From: an uncultured Phycisphaerales bacterium
GTDB taxonomy: Bacteria; Planctomycetota; Phycisphaerae; Tepidisphaerales; Tepidisphaeraceae
Reading direction: 5' to 3'
Length of the DNA stretch: 64,000 nucleotides
Assembly (NCBI GenBank): GCA_963758525.1
Contig: CAVWVQ010000003.1
Location: 3,808,001 to 3,872,000 of the forward strand
The position numbers were made by a program, and so were the translations under genes. Shown here piece after piece: positions 1-9,244 of the stretch. Positions within the stretch are counted from its first letter, which is position 1. The number at the start of each line of letters is the position of its first letter. A model generated the notes under the pieces. That model did no database searches and was not told the DNA's origin. It worked only from the letters and a program-made list of their open reading frames with translations.

Positions 1-652
1 GATGCCGGCGGGCGACGTGCATGACGCCTTCCCATTTGTTCACTGCCGGGTCGAATATTTCCATGACTTCCATTCCCGCCGACGGCACCGACAGGTTCTG
101 CGAAAAGATTCGCTCGCCGAACCGTGCGATCAACTGCTCGCGTACCGTTGCCAATTGCTCTGTCGTGGCGACGATGCCGACCCGCACGGTGTGCTCGTGC
201 GAATAATTTCCCAGCAAGGGCACGCGATGCACCACCGCATCGGTCAATTCCATCCAGACGGCCGTCGGTACGTTCAGCGGCAAGTCGCCGCTGACCAGAT
301 AATCCACGCCAGCGGTCCCCTTGTCCTGCAGCGCCAGGACCGCGTGGCCCGTCGACTCCAGAAACTCGCAGACTTCCGCCGCCAGCGTCGGCTCCATCAT
401 CGTTCGATGCAGCGTGACACACTGATGCGTATCAATCACCATCGCGCCGCCGGCGAACACCGCTGTTGCGTAATGCTCGACGGCATCCAGCACCATCCGG
501 CTCTCGGTCCAGTTGCGCCCGGTGGCGAAACAGACCAGCAGACCGGCCTGCAACGCGCAATGCACCGCCGCCTTGGCTCGCGGAGTGACATGCCCGCCGG
601 GCGACAGCAGCGTGCCGTCCAAATCAATTGCAATCATTCGATACTGAGGCAT
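1..652 (-). CDS. Cof-type HAD-IIB family hydrolase (3' end runs off the window)
   Basis: Manual minus-strand translation from ATG at 652: MPQYRMIAIDLDGTLL (HAD motif I DxDGT), FATGR (motif II), then EIFDPAVNKWEG (motif III K). Absent from the ORF track because its stop lies outside the window. Confidence 0.9.
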   Translation of the reverse strand, partial: MPQYRMIAIDLDGTLLSPGGHVTPRAKAAVHCALQAGLLVCFATGRNWTESRMVLDAVEHYATAVFAGGAMVIDTHQCVTLHRTMMEPTLAAEVCEFLESTGHAVLALQDKGTAGVDYLVSGDLPLNVPTAVWMELTDAVVHRVPLLGNYSHEHTVRVGIVATTEQLATVREQLIARFGERIFSQNLSVPSAGMEVMEIFDPAVNKWEGVMHVARRH

Positions 653-778
653 TTACGCAACTGTCTGCAACGACGTACGGAAAATATCAATCCTCAGACG
701 CATTGCAAGAAAAAACTGCTCAGACGACACAATTAGTTGATGGCGGTGGATAACTCCGCACAACTGGTGGTGCAACCC

Positions 779-3002
779 TCATTTTTCGGTGTCGGCTGCC
801 TTCTTGCGGACAATGAGCATCGAAGTGGAGCAGGCCTCTGCAATACGCTCGGAACGCCAGCCGAACAGGTGCGACGCCAGACCCCATTCTCCCGAGACTC
901 CGATCACGATCAGATCGAAGTCGTGCGACGCTTCGAGAACCGCGTCGACGGGATATTGGCTCTCGACGACGCGGACGTGCACCGGCACCGGCTGCGTCGG
1001 GTCGTTGAAGACCCGGTCAATCACGGTACTGGCATGGAGCGAATCGCCGGTCACCCGCTGAGGAGCCACGATATGGAGCGCGGTAATTTCGGCCTTGGCT
1101 TCCCGCGCCAGTCTGCCCCCAAGTTCCAGAGCGAATCGATCGTGTTCGCTGCCCAGGTAGGGAATTAAAACACGCTGCGCGCCTAAAAACCCGCGATCGA
1201 CAAAGACCGCCGCGTCGGCCGGCGTTTCCTGCAAAATTCGGTGGACGGTTCCGCCCAGAATCGTTTTGCCGAACACCGGCCGGTGGAAGCCCGTCAGCAC
1301 CAGATCGACGCCAGTATCTTTCGCAACACGAGCGATGTCGTGCGGCACGTCGCGGGTGACAAACGAGATCGGCTCGACCTTCACGTGATTCTTGTTGGCA
1401 TGATCGAGCAGCGGTCGAAGCGGATCAGCCAGCGGCTCAGCAAGCCCGCTGCGAAATTCCTCGCGATCGTCAGCCCGGCGAAGATGCAGTGCGACGATAC
1501 GTCCCTCTTCCGAGGTCGCGCCCACCAGCATCTCCGCGATGCGAAGCAACGGCCCGCCGCTGCGCGGATCGGCAACCGGTATGAGGACCGAGTAGTTGCG
1601 CTGCTCTGAGGCCTTCCGCGGCGCAACCAGCCGTCTCGCGGGATAGACCCAGTGCAGCAGCGGCGTGGTCATGAATGTGGTCAGCAGGGCCATCAGCACC
1701 ATGATGGCAAAAACAGCGTCGGTGATGATGTGAAGCTGCAGGCCGACCGTGAGGATCACCAGTTCCATGAGGCCGCGCGTGTTCATCAGCACGCCCATCG
1801 CCCCGGCTTCGCGCCAGTCGCTGCCGAAGAGTTTGGCGGGAATCGCCGTTCCCAATAGCTTCCCCGAGCAGGCCAGACCGATGATGATCGATGCGTACAC
1901 CCAAAGCTGCGGGCTGTTCAGCAAGCCGATCCGCGTCTGCAGGCCGGCATACGCGAAGAAGACCGGCAGCAGAAACACGACCGTGAAATCCTCCAGCTTC
2001 TCCGTCACGTGATGAACGAAGCGGGTTCCCTTCGGCATGACGCAGCCGATCAGAAACGCTCCGAACATCGCGTGAATGCCGATGGCTTCCGTCGCCCATG
2101 CCGAGCCGAGCACCAGCAGGAAGATCACCGCCACCAGATTCTGCGACAGCCGGTTCTGGCGCTCGTAAACTTGCTCCAGCCGCCGAAGAAACGGACGAAT
2201 GACCAAAAAGATCACCGCCGCAAATGCCGCGGCGAGCACCAGCGTCCGGATCGCCGTTTTGGCTCCACTCCCCGCGGAGTGGGCAACCCCCACGACAAAC
2301 GCCAGCATGACCCACGCAGCCACATCGTTGACCGCCGCGCACGCGATTGCGATCGTCCCCAGATGAGTCTTCTGCAGGTTTCGTTCAGCCAGAATGCGCG
2401 CCAGCACCGGGAATGCGGTCACGCTCATAGCCGCCCCGAGGAACATCGCCGCGGCAAATCGCTTTTCTCCAGAAGGATCCTCAAAAAGACTTGTGTGGTA
2501 GAGGGTTAATGTCATCCCAGCGCCCAACACGAATGGCGTTGCGATGCTCGCCAGCGCGGTCACGACGGTTGATTTCCCCCGGTTTCGCACCAGATTTGGA
2601 TCCAATTCCAGTCCGATGAGAAACAGGAAGAAGATGATCCCAATCTGGCTGAGGATGTTGAGCAGCACCACGCTCTCAGGCGGGAACAACTGGCGCTGCA
2701 GGCTCGGGGCGAGCCAGCCGAGCAGGCTTGGCCCCAGCATGATGCCGGCGACCATCTCCCCGACGACCTGCGGCTGGCGCATTCTCGCGAACAGAATCCC
2801 CATCACCCGGCTCAGTCCGAGGATGAGCCCCACCTGCACCAGCAGGAGCAGCACCTGGTTTTCAGGATTCCGCGGGGGTAAATGCGCTCGCAGTGGTGGG
2901 GTGCGACAAAGCTCCCAAAGCCGATGCCGCCATGGGCGCCGCGGCAATCCAAATGGCCGTCAGAAAGGTCGCGAGGCTGGGGAAGCGTGTGGCATTTCGC
3001 AT
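779..3002 (-). CDS. CPA2/Kef-type cation:proton antiporter with C-terminal universal-stress-like domains; probable frameshift near 2870
   Basis: ORF 779..2947 has QPQVVGEMVAGIMLGPS, SVTAFPVLARIL and MNTRGLMEL, many TM helices, then USP-like SVLIPVA and RVLIPY segments. A signal-like N-terminus (MRNATRFPSLATFLTAIW, ATG 3002) lies in an adjacent frame. Confidence 0.88.
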
Positions 3003-3241
3003 CTCGGCCGGATCACGGCGGCGACAACTTAGCACGCAGTGCCCGTGGACGGAACCGCCCGTCCCTGACGTATGTGCAAAAATCCGGAAGCCGCTTGGCC
3101 CCAGCAGAAAGTGTTCAACGAACAACGGCCAACACTAGACCGTGCCGGCCTCGGCGCGGATGCAGCAATAAAACTTTTTTCGGGCAAACAAACCCGGTGC
3201 GCCTGCATGTGTCCGGCTATAATCGCCGACCGGGGAGTGCG

Positions 3242-3780
3242 ATGGCTTATCGACTGATCGAAAAGCAGGTCATTTATCGTGGACAGAAGGTCCAATTAGA
3301 GCTGCACCGGCTCGAAAACGAAGCCACGGAAAAACGCCATACCCGGGAGGTGTGCGTACATCCCGGCGCGGTGCTGGTGCTCGGCCTGCTAGATGATCAA
3401 AGATTGTTATTGATTCGTACCTTTCGCTATGCGATTGGGCAATATCTTTACGAATTGCCCGCCGGTACTTTGGAAAAGGGTGAAGACCCGCTCAACTGCG
3501 CGGGCGCGAGCTGCTGGAAGAAACGGGGTATCTGGCGGGTCGCCTGCAACCGCTCATGACATTTTACACATCGCCGGGAATCCTCAGCGAGAAGATGTAT
3601 GTTTTCACGGCGTATGATTTGCAGTTATCGCAAACGGCGTTGGAAGAGGGCGAAGACATCGTCGTTCACCCCGTGGCGTTTGACGATGCGATTGCGATGA
3701 TTCGCGACGGTCAGATTCAGGATGCCAAGACGGTCGCAGCCTTGTTGTTCTACGCCAGTTTTCGAAGGGACTCACACTGA
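3242..3780 (+). CDS. NUDIX hydrolase (ADP-ribose pyrophosphatase-like); 1-nt frameshift near 3503
   Basis: HPGAV and YELPAGTLEKGEDPLNCAG continue in another frame as RELLEETGY, completing the Nudix box. C-terminal part has FYTSPG and IQDAKT. Confidence 0.9.
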
Positions 3781-3805
3781 CACGGAAAAGGCTGGTCGCT
3801 TTTCA

Positions 3806-4852
3806 ATGGCCTGGGAAGACCGTCGATCTTATCGCGATCCGATCCGTCCGACCGGAAGGTACTGGGCGGTTCTGAACGGCACGGTGCCGCTTCTGCCGGT
3901 GCGCGGGGTGCGTGTGCGACTGCATTCCACGTTTGTCCTGCTGTGCGCGATCATTCTGCTTGCAGGGCCGGTGCGAAATTCATCCTGGCAGATTCGCCTG
4001 GAATGCATCGCCGCGCTGTTCGTGGCCGCCATCTGCCACGAGTTGGCGCATCTGCGGGGGCGGCGCTGGTACGGAGAGGCCGGCAGAGATCGGGTGGTCC
4101 TCACGCCGATTGGCGGGATGCCGGCCGTCAGCTCCCGCTGGCGGCTGCCCTCTATCTTGGGGCTTCTCGCCGGCCCGGCGGCAAACCTTCTGATTTGCGG
4201 CGCATGCCTGGCCGCGCTGGTCGCTCTCCGCCATCCCCCGCCGAATCCCACCCACTTCGTATCGTACCCATTCACTCGCTGGCGCGATCCGGTGTTTCAT
4301 CTCGGCTGGCTCTATTCCGTGAGCCTGCTGCTGCTGGTGATCAATCTGCTTCCCTTTTTCCCATTGGATTTCGGGCAGGTGGTGCATGTGGTTCTCGCCC
4401 GGCGGCGCGGATTCGAAGTCTCCGTCCGCGTCATGAGCGGGTTTTCCATCATCGGGTCCATCGTGCTGGCGATCCTGGGGATCGGGATGCAGAACTGGCT
4501 CGTGGTTGCCGCTGCCGTGACGTGCCTCCTCTTCTCGGTCGGGCTGTTCCTTCGCTGGATGCGCGAAGTGTCTGGCGCGGTGGAGTTATCCGAAGGCCTG
4601 GATGATTCGTACATGAGCGGGTTGCTCGTCGCCGAGCCCCGGCCCAAGCGGCATCGCCGCCGGCTGAGCCGCTGGGCGGTCCGCCGGCTGCGCCGCATGG
4701 CGCATCAGGAAGAGCTGGACCAACTGCACGTCGACAGAATTCTCGCCAAGGTCTCGAAGCTGGGGCTCAAGAGCCTGACGTGGAACGAACGCCGCGAATT
4801 GCGCCGCGCGACCAGCAGACAGCGCCTCGGCGAGGGCGACGAGACGATATAA
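3806..4852 (+). CDS. Site-2 protease (peptidase M50) with C-terminal DUF6576-like helical tail
   Basis: HELAH zinc motif, AGPAAN, NLLPFFPLD and multiple TM segments. Tail reads VDRILAKVSKLGLKSLTWNERREL. Confidence 0.85.
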   Translation: MAWEDRRSYRDPIRPTGRYWAVLNGTVPLLPVRGVRVRLHSTFVLLCAIILLAGPVRNSSWQIRLECIAALFVAAICHELAHLRGRRWYGEAGRDRVVLTPIGGMPAVSSRWRLPSILGLLAGPAANLLICGACLAALVALRHPPPNPTHFVSYPFTRWRDPVFHLGWLYSVSLLLLVINLLPFFPLDFGQVVHVVLARRRGFEVSVRVMSGFSIIGSIVLAILGIGMQNWLVVAAAVTCLLFSVGLFLRWMREVSGAVELSEGLDDSYMSGLLVAEPRPKRHRRRLSRWAVRRLRRMAHQEELDQLHVDRILAKVSKLGLKSLTWNERRELRRATSRQRLGEGDETI

Positions 4853-4912
4853 GCCCAGTTCTTTTCGGAGCAATACCAGGGCAACCAGGCGAAGGCGCGG
4901 AATTCGCCGTGA

Positions 4913-5677
4913 TTACAGTGGCTGAGAGATTCGCTGAGGGCCCGGGAGCATCCCTTCTGGAACCAGCTCAAGCGGGTGATCTCGCGTCAGCTTCATCACC
5001 TTGTCCTCGCCAACGAGTTCAATCGCACGGTTCAATCCCCTGATTCGGACCGGCAGCGTTTCGATGTTGTGCGTGTCGGAGCCGAGCATGAAATAGCGAT
5101 CCTCGAGCAAATACCGTTCGGCCAGCTCGCGCGTCGCTGCCCGGGGCGGGTCGCCGAAGCATTGAAGATTGCCTTGGAGCAGCAAGCCCATGTCCGCAAA
5201 GCGGTCGGCCAGCTCCGGTTGCAACTGAATCGCCCGAACGCGCTCCGGATGCGCGAGCACCACCGTCAATCCAAGCGATTGCAGCCAGCGAATCGATGGC
5301 TCGAAAAACTGCGGCAGCCGGTCTGCCCAAAAATCCACCAGCACGTGCTTGCGCGCCATCGCGTAGGTGACGACCTCCGCCGGCGGGGTTTTGATGAAAT
5401 CCGGCCGAAGATTCAGCTCGCCGCCGGCAATGAGCCGCAGCGGAACCGCCGCGGCATCAAATGCCGCCTGCAGCTTCGCAACGTGCGGCGCGATGTTGCC
5501 GATCGTGTTGTCCGGAAAGCTCGGCCAGATGTGCGGCGTGCAGAAGCTGTGCGTATAGCCCGCCTTCACCAACTCTCGCGCGCAGGCGATCGACTCCTCG
5601 ACCGTGGCGCATCCGTCGTCGATCCCCGGCAATAAGTGCGAGTGAACGTCAAAACGTCCGATCCGGGTCGCGTCCAT
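4913..5677 (-). CDS. CpsB/CapC family (PHP-type) tyrosine-protein phosphatase
   Basis: DVHSHLLPGIDDG, TPH, LAHPER and GSDTH motifs. Confidence 0.9.
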   Translation of the reverse strand: MDATRIGRFDVHSHLLPGIDDGCATVEESIACARELVKAGYTHSFCTPHIWPSFPDNTIGNIAPHVAKLQAAFDAAAVPLRLIAGGELNLRPDFIKTPPAEVVTYAMARKHVLVDFWADRLPQFFEPSIRWLQSLGLTVVLAHPERVRAIQLQPELADRFADMGLLLQGNLQCFGDPPRAATRELAERYLLEDRYFMLGSDTHNIETLPVRIRGLNRAIELVGEDKVMKLTRDHPLELVPEGMLPGPQRISQPL

Positions 5678-5682
5678 GCTCT

Positions 5683-6297
5683 TCAAGGCCTTTCGCTTTG
5701 CTTTCTCATCGCCACGGTGCAATCGCCGTGCAAATAATCCTGATACACATCGACGCGATCGGTCATCGTGTGGGCAAACTGCACCACATCCGCCACGGAT
5801 CGCCAGTACAGATACAACTTTCCCGCCAGCGCCGGCGACGAGAGAAAATTGAAGACGACTGCATCGCCGCTCGCCATGAAAGCATGTCTCAGCGTGGAGC
5901 GAAACTCCCGGTCGCTCAGTGTGTTCAGAGATCCGCTGAAGACGATCACTTCCGCGCCGACGCACAAACGCAGCGGCTCCGATACAAAATCCCCGCGCAG
6001 GATGCGCGATCGTTCATGGGAGCATTGCTCGGCGGCGCGGGCCAGCGCCTCGACGGCTTCGAGCCCGATATATTCGAACGGAACCACGCCGCGGTCCAAC
6101 AGAAACTTCAGCAGATCCGCCCGGCCGCATCCCGCGTCGAGCACCACGCGTCCGTGCAGCGGAGCCGCCCGCTCGATCGCCGCGAAACGCGCCCGCTGCG
6201 TCTTCGGACTCGCCCACAGCAGCGACCGAAAGCCGCCGCCATGCTCAGCGGCGGCATCGAGATACGGTGCAAGATAAGGTTCGACGTCCGTAGGCAT
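5683..6297 (-). CDS. Class I SAM-dependent methyltransferase
   Basis: LLWASPKTQRARF, VLDAGCGRADL (motif I) and SGSLN. Confidence 0.85.
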   Translation of the reverse strand: MPTDVEPYLAPYLDAAAEHGGGFRSLLWASPKTQRARFAAIERAAPLHGRVVLDAGCGRADLLKFLLDRGVVPFEYIGLEAVEALARAAEQCSHERSRILRGDFVSEPLRLCVGAEVIVFSGSLNTLSDREFRSTLRHAFMASGDAVVFNFLSSPALAGKLYLYWRSVADVVQFAHTMTDRVDVYQDYLHGDCTVAMRKQSERP

Positions 6298-6359
6298 TGG
6301 CTCTCGCCGGTTGCGGCCGATTGTAGGAGCGACCGCTTCGATTCTCAAAATGCGTCCCC

Positions 6360-6468
6360 GTGGCATGGGCCTCCCGCCCATGTTAGCGGCGCAGAGCTTG
6401 AGAAATATTTTGATTTCGAAGGGTTTTCCACTCCCGCGTCGCTGACACAGGCGAGACGCCCGTGCTAC
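6360..6468. repeat. 109-bp REPIN-like inverted doublet (copy 1)
   Basis: Arms GTGGCATGGGCCTCCCGCCCATGT and ACAGGCGAGACGCCCGTGCTAC. Same length as, and homologous to, the reverse complement of 22673-22781. Confidence 0.8.
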
Positions 6469-6528
6469 GGGGAGAGCCGTGGCATCACATGCGTCGCAAA
6501 CGAATTCTCGCGGGGATATGCTGTAAAA

Positions 6529-7086
6529 ATGGTTGCACTCCGCGATCTCCTCCGTGAGCGGGTCGATCAAGTAACCGGACCACTGGCGATGACGCTTGCG
6601 ACAGTTGCCGCCGACGGCGCACCGCGAGCGCGGACCGTCATCTGCCGGCGGATCGACGATGATCTATCGCTGTGGTTCACGACTGATGGGCGCTCCGCGA
6701 AGGGCAGGCAACTTCGAGCCGTTCCCGCTGCCGAGGCGGTCTGGTGGATCCCTGATGTCCGTCAGCAATTTCGCTTTCGCGGAGCGGTGGAAATCTTCAA
6801 TGCTGAGCATCCGATCCGCGAGCGCGAAATATTCTGGAAGCAATTGAGCGACGAGTCCCGGGCAATGTTCTTCTGGCCCGCGCCGGGCCTGCCGCGAAGC
6901 AAGGGCGCCGCGGCTGATACCGCACTTGCCGTTCGAGTCTCAGCCGATCAATCGCCGCCGGCGACGTTCGAGTTGCTTGCCCTTCGCGGGAGCGAAATCG
7001 AGCACCTCGATCTGGGTCGCACGCCTCACGACCGCCGCCTGTGGCGTGCCGCAAACCAGTGGAATCGCGAAGAGCTCAATCCGTAG
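6529..7086 (+). CDS. Pyridoxamine 5'-phosphate oxidase family FMN-binding protein
   Basis: MTLATVAADGAPRARTV, FTTDGRSAK, QFRFRG, EHLDL and C-terminal WNREELNP. Confidence 0.85.
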   Translation: MVALRDLLRERVDQVTGPLAMTLATVAADGAPRARTVICRRIDDDLSLWFTTDGRSAKGRQLRAVPAAEAVWWIPDVRQQFRFRGAVEIFNAEHPIREREIFWKQLSDESRAMFFWPAPGLPRSKGAAADTALAVRVSADQSPPATFELLALRGSEIEHLDLGRTPHDRRLWRAANQWNREELNP

Positions 7087-7134
7087 GAGCGCGCTGCGTT
7101 GTTTGCCGTCGCAACGCCCGCTACCATCCCGCTC

Positions 7135-7500
7135 ATGCGCTGGTTACTTCACGGTCAAATTGCTTCGTCTGTCGCCGAGGCGTTGCGCCGGCACGAACAA
7201 ACCTCTGCAGCCGCGGAGGCGAATCTCACCGCCCTTGAGCTCTTTGAATCCGCCCGCAAGCAGCAGATGGAGGTGATGACCGCCGACGCGACGCTTGCCG
7301 CTTCGCTCTTTGCGCACGAAGCCGAATTCAAGCGACTGATCGTCCATCTCAACGTGGAGCACGGCGCGGTCGAGCAGGACGATGCGGTAGATCGCCTGTT
7401 CGCCCGCTACAAGCGGCTGACGCCCGGACGCCTGTACACGGTCACCGCCTCGCGGGTCAAAGTCCGGCAACTTCCGACGCGCAAGCTGTCGAAATCGTGA
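7135..7500 (+). CDS. Hypothetical protein, weak resemblance to DUF5615 PIN-like fold
   Basis: MRWLLHGQIASSVAEALRRH...VMTAD...RVKVRQLP pattern. The acidic PIN catalytic residues are not evident. Confidence 0.5.
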   Translation: MRWLLHGQIASSVAEALRRHEQTSAAAEANLTALELFESARKQQMEVMTADATLAASLFAHEAEFKRLIVHLNVEHGAVEQDDAVDRLFARYKRLTPGRLYTVTASRVKVRQLPTRKLSKS

Positions 7501-7587
7501 GTGAATCGCCTCTTCGTCACGTTCCAATCACCAATAACCGGAACCATTACACTCAGCTTCTTCAATCACCCTTCGGAGTTCAAACCC

Positions 7588-8489
7588 ATGTCTCTTCTCG
7601 TGACCGGATCGATCGGCATCGACACTGTGGAAACCCCCGCCGGCAGGCGCGAGGATATCATCGGCGGATCTGCCATCTATTTTGCCTACGCCGCCAGTTT
7701 CTTCACGCCGGTTCGGCTCGTGGGCGTGGTGGGGGAGGACTGCCCCAAGAGCCTGTTCTCCCTCTTTGAAGGGCGCGACGTCGACACTAGCGGCCTGGAG
7801 GTGCGCAAAGGAAGCAAGACCTTCCGCTGGCATGGTTCGTATGTGAAGGATCTCAACGAAGCGGTCACCGTCGAGGTGGATCTCAATGTCCTGGCGGAGC
7901 GCACCCCAAAATTCCCGAGAAGTTTCTCGACAGCCGCTACGTCTTCCTCGCCAACACGCACCCCGTATTGCAGCAGCAGATGCTCGGCAGTCTTAAGAAC
8001 GCGAAGCTGGTGGTGGCCGACACGATGAATCTGTGGATTCAGACGGAGCGGCCCGAACTGGTCAAACTGCTGAAGAATATCGACGGGCTGGTTCTCAACG
8101 ACGGCGAAGCGCGTCTGCTCACCGAGGAGAAGAACCTCGTCGCCGCCGCCCGCGCAGTGCGCAAGATGGGTCCGAAGTTTGTCGTGATCAAGAAGGGAGA
8201 GCACGGCGCACTGCTCAGCACCGATCGCGGCGAATTTGTGCTTCCCGCCTTCCCGACTGACTGCGTGGTCGATCCCACCGGCGCCGGCGACAGCTTCGCC
8301 GGCGGCATGATGGGATATCTCTCCACGCAGGGGACGTTCTCGGCGGCGACGATCAAACGCGCCCTCGCGTTCGGCACCGTTGTCGCGAGCTTCACGATCT
8401 CCGACTTCTCGCTCGACGGGCTCAGCCGGGCCACGCGCGACGCGATCGACGATCGCTGGCACGAGCTGAAGCAGTCGATGAGCTTCTGA
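7588..8489 (+). CDS. PfkB family carbohydrate/nucleoside kinase; frameshift near 7908
   Basis: MSLLVTGSIGIDTVETP, GGSA, KKGEHG and DPTGAGDSFAGG. One base appears missing in the CCCCAAAA run. Confidence 0.9.
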
Positions 8490-8496
8490 GCCGCCG

Positions 8497-9057
8497 ATGA
8501 TGCGCGCCGGCATGCTCCTGTTGCTGATCCTGCCAGTCTCCTGCCAGGCGGTGCGTCCTGCGTCCGAACCGGCGCGGCTGCATTTCTCCGCCTCGATCGC
8601 CGGCGCTACGCTTTCCGTCATCGCCGACGGGAAAACCGGATCGCTCGATCTCTCCGATCATCTGCCAGCCGGAGACTTGATCGGATCTCAATCCATCTTC
8701 TCGGCAAGAACCACCCGCGGCGTCTTCTTCGTGATCGATTTCGTCAGCAGGTCAAACCGCGGACCGGCCGCCGGCAACTGCGTCAACGGAATTGAGGAGA
8801 AGCTTGTCTGGGCCGCGTTTGATTCATCTCTTCACCCGGTCAACGCGACGTCCGCACTCATCAATTCCTGTCTCTACTCCGTGACCGCCTCCGACGTACA
8901 GCAAAACGCACGCTCCATCACCGTGCGGTACGACTCGGCCACGGAGCACGTCCGGCGATTTCTCTTCTTCCGCAAAACCGCGCCGGAACTTGGCTTTGCG
9001 TTTCAGCAAGAGCCGTTATCAGAGCTCGCCCCCGATGCGAGCGGGACCGGCAGATGA
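8497..9057 (+). CDS. Hypothetical exported protein
   Basis: Hydrophobic N-terminal signal (MLLLLILPVSC) and a Cys pair. Starts 8 nt after the pfkB stop. Confidence 0.6.
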   Translation: MMRAGMLLLLILPVSCQAVRPASEPARLHFSASIAGATLSVIADGKTGSLDLSDHLPAGDLIGSQSIFSARTTRGVFFVIDFVSRSNRGPAAGNCVNGIEEKLVWAAFDSSLHPVNATSALINSCLYSVTASDVQQNARSITVRYDSATEHVRRFLFFRKTAPELGFAFQQEPLSELAPDASGTGR

Positions 9058-9123
9058 CCCGAGGTGGGGGCGGCGTTGCTCCCAAGTGAAGAATCGAGTG
9101 CGACGGATTCTCTCCGACTGGAA

Positions 9124-9163
9124 CCCCCACCCTGACCCTCCCCCGGAGTACCAGGGGAGGGGA
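9124..9163. repeat. REP-like hairpin (CCCTCCCC...GGGGAGGG family)
   Basis: CCCCCACCCTGACCCTCCCCCGGAGTACCAGGGGAGGGGA is nearly identical to the reverse complement of 53881-53920 and related to 41059-41178. Confidence 0.8.
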
Positions 9164-9244
9164 GAAGAGAGCCGCGCGAAAGCGGGACGCACCTACCCCG
9201 CATCAGATTACCTCAAGTCTTCGTGAACTCTCTCAGTACGTTGC

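Noticed and set aside
2..736. 244-aa plus-strand ORF and many similar long overlapping ORFs (e.g. 20838..22568, 26693..28132)
   Set aside because: Antisense or off-frame shadows of clear genes, expected in high-GC DNA.
4913..5677. Capsule/EPS locus implied by the CpsB-type phosphatase
   Set aside because: No tyrosine kinase, Wzx/Wzy or glycosyltransferase genes nearby.
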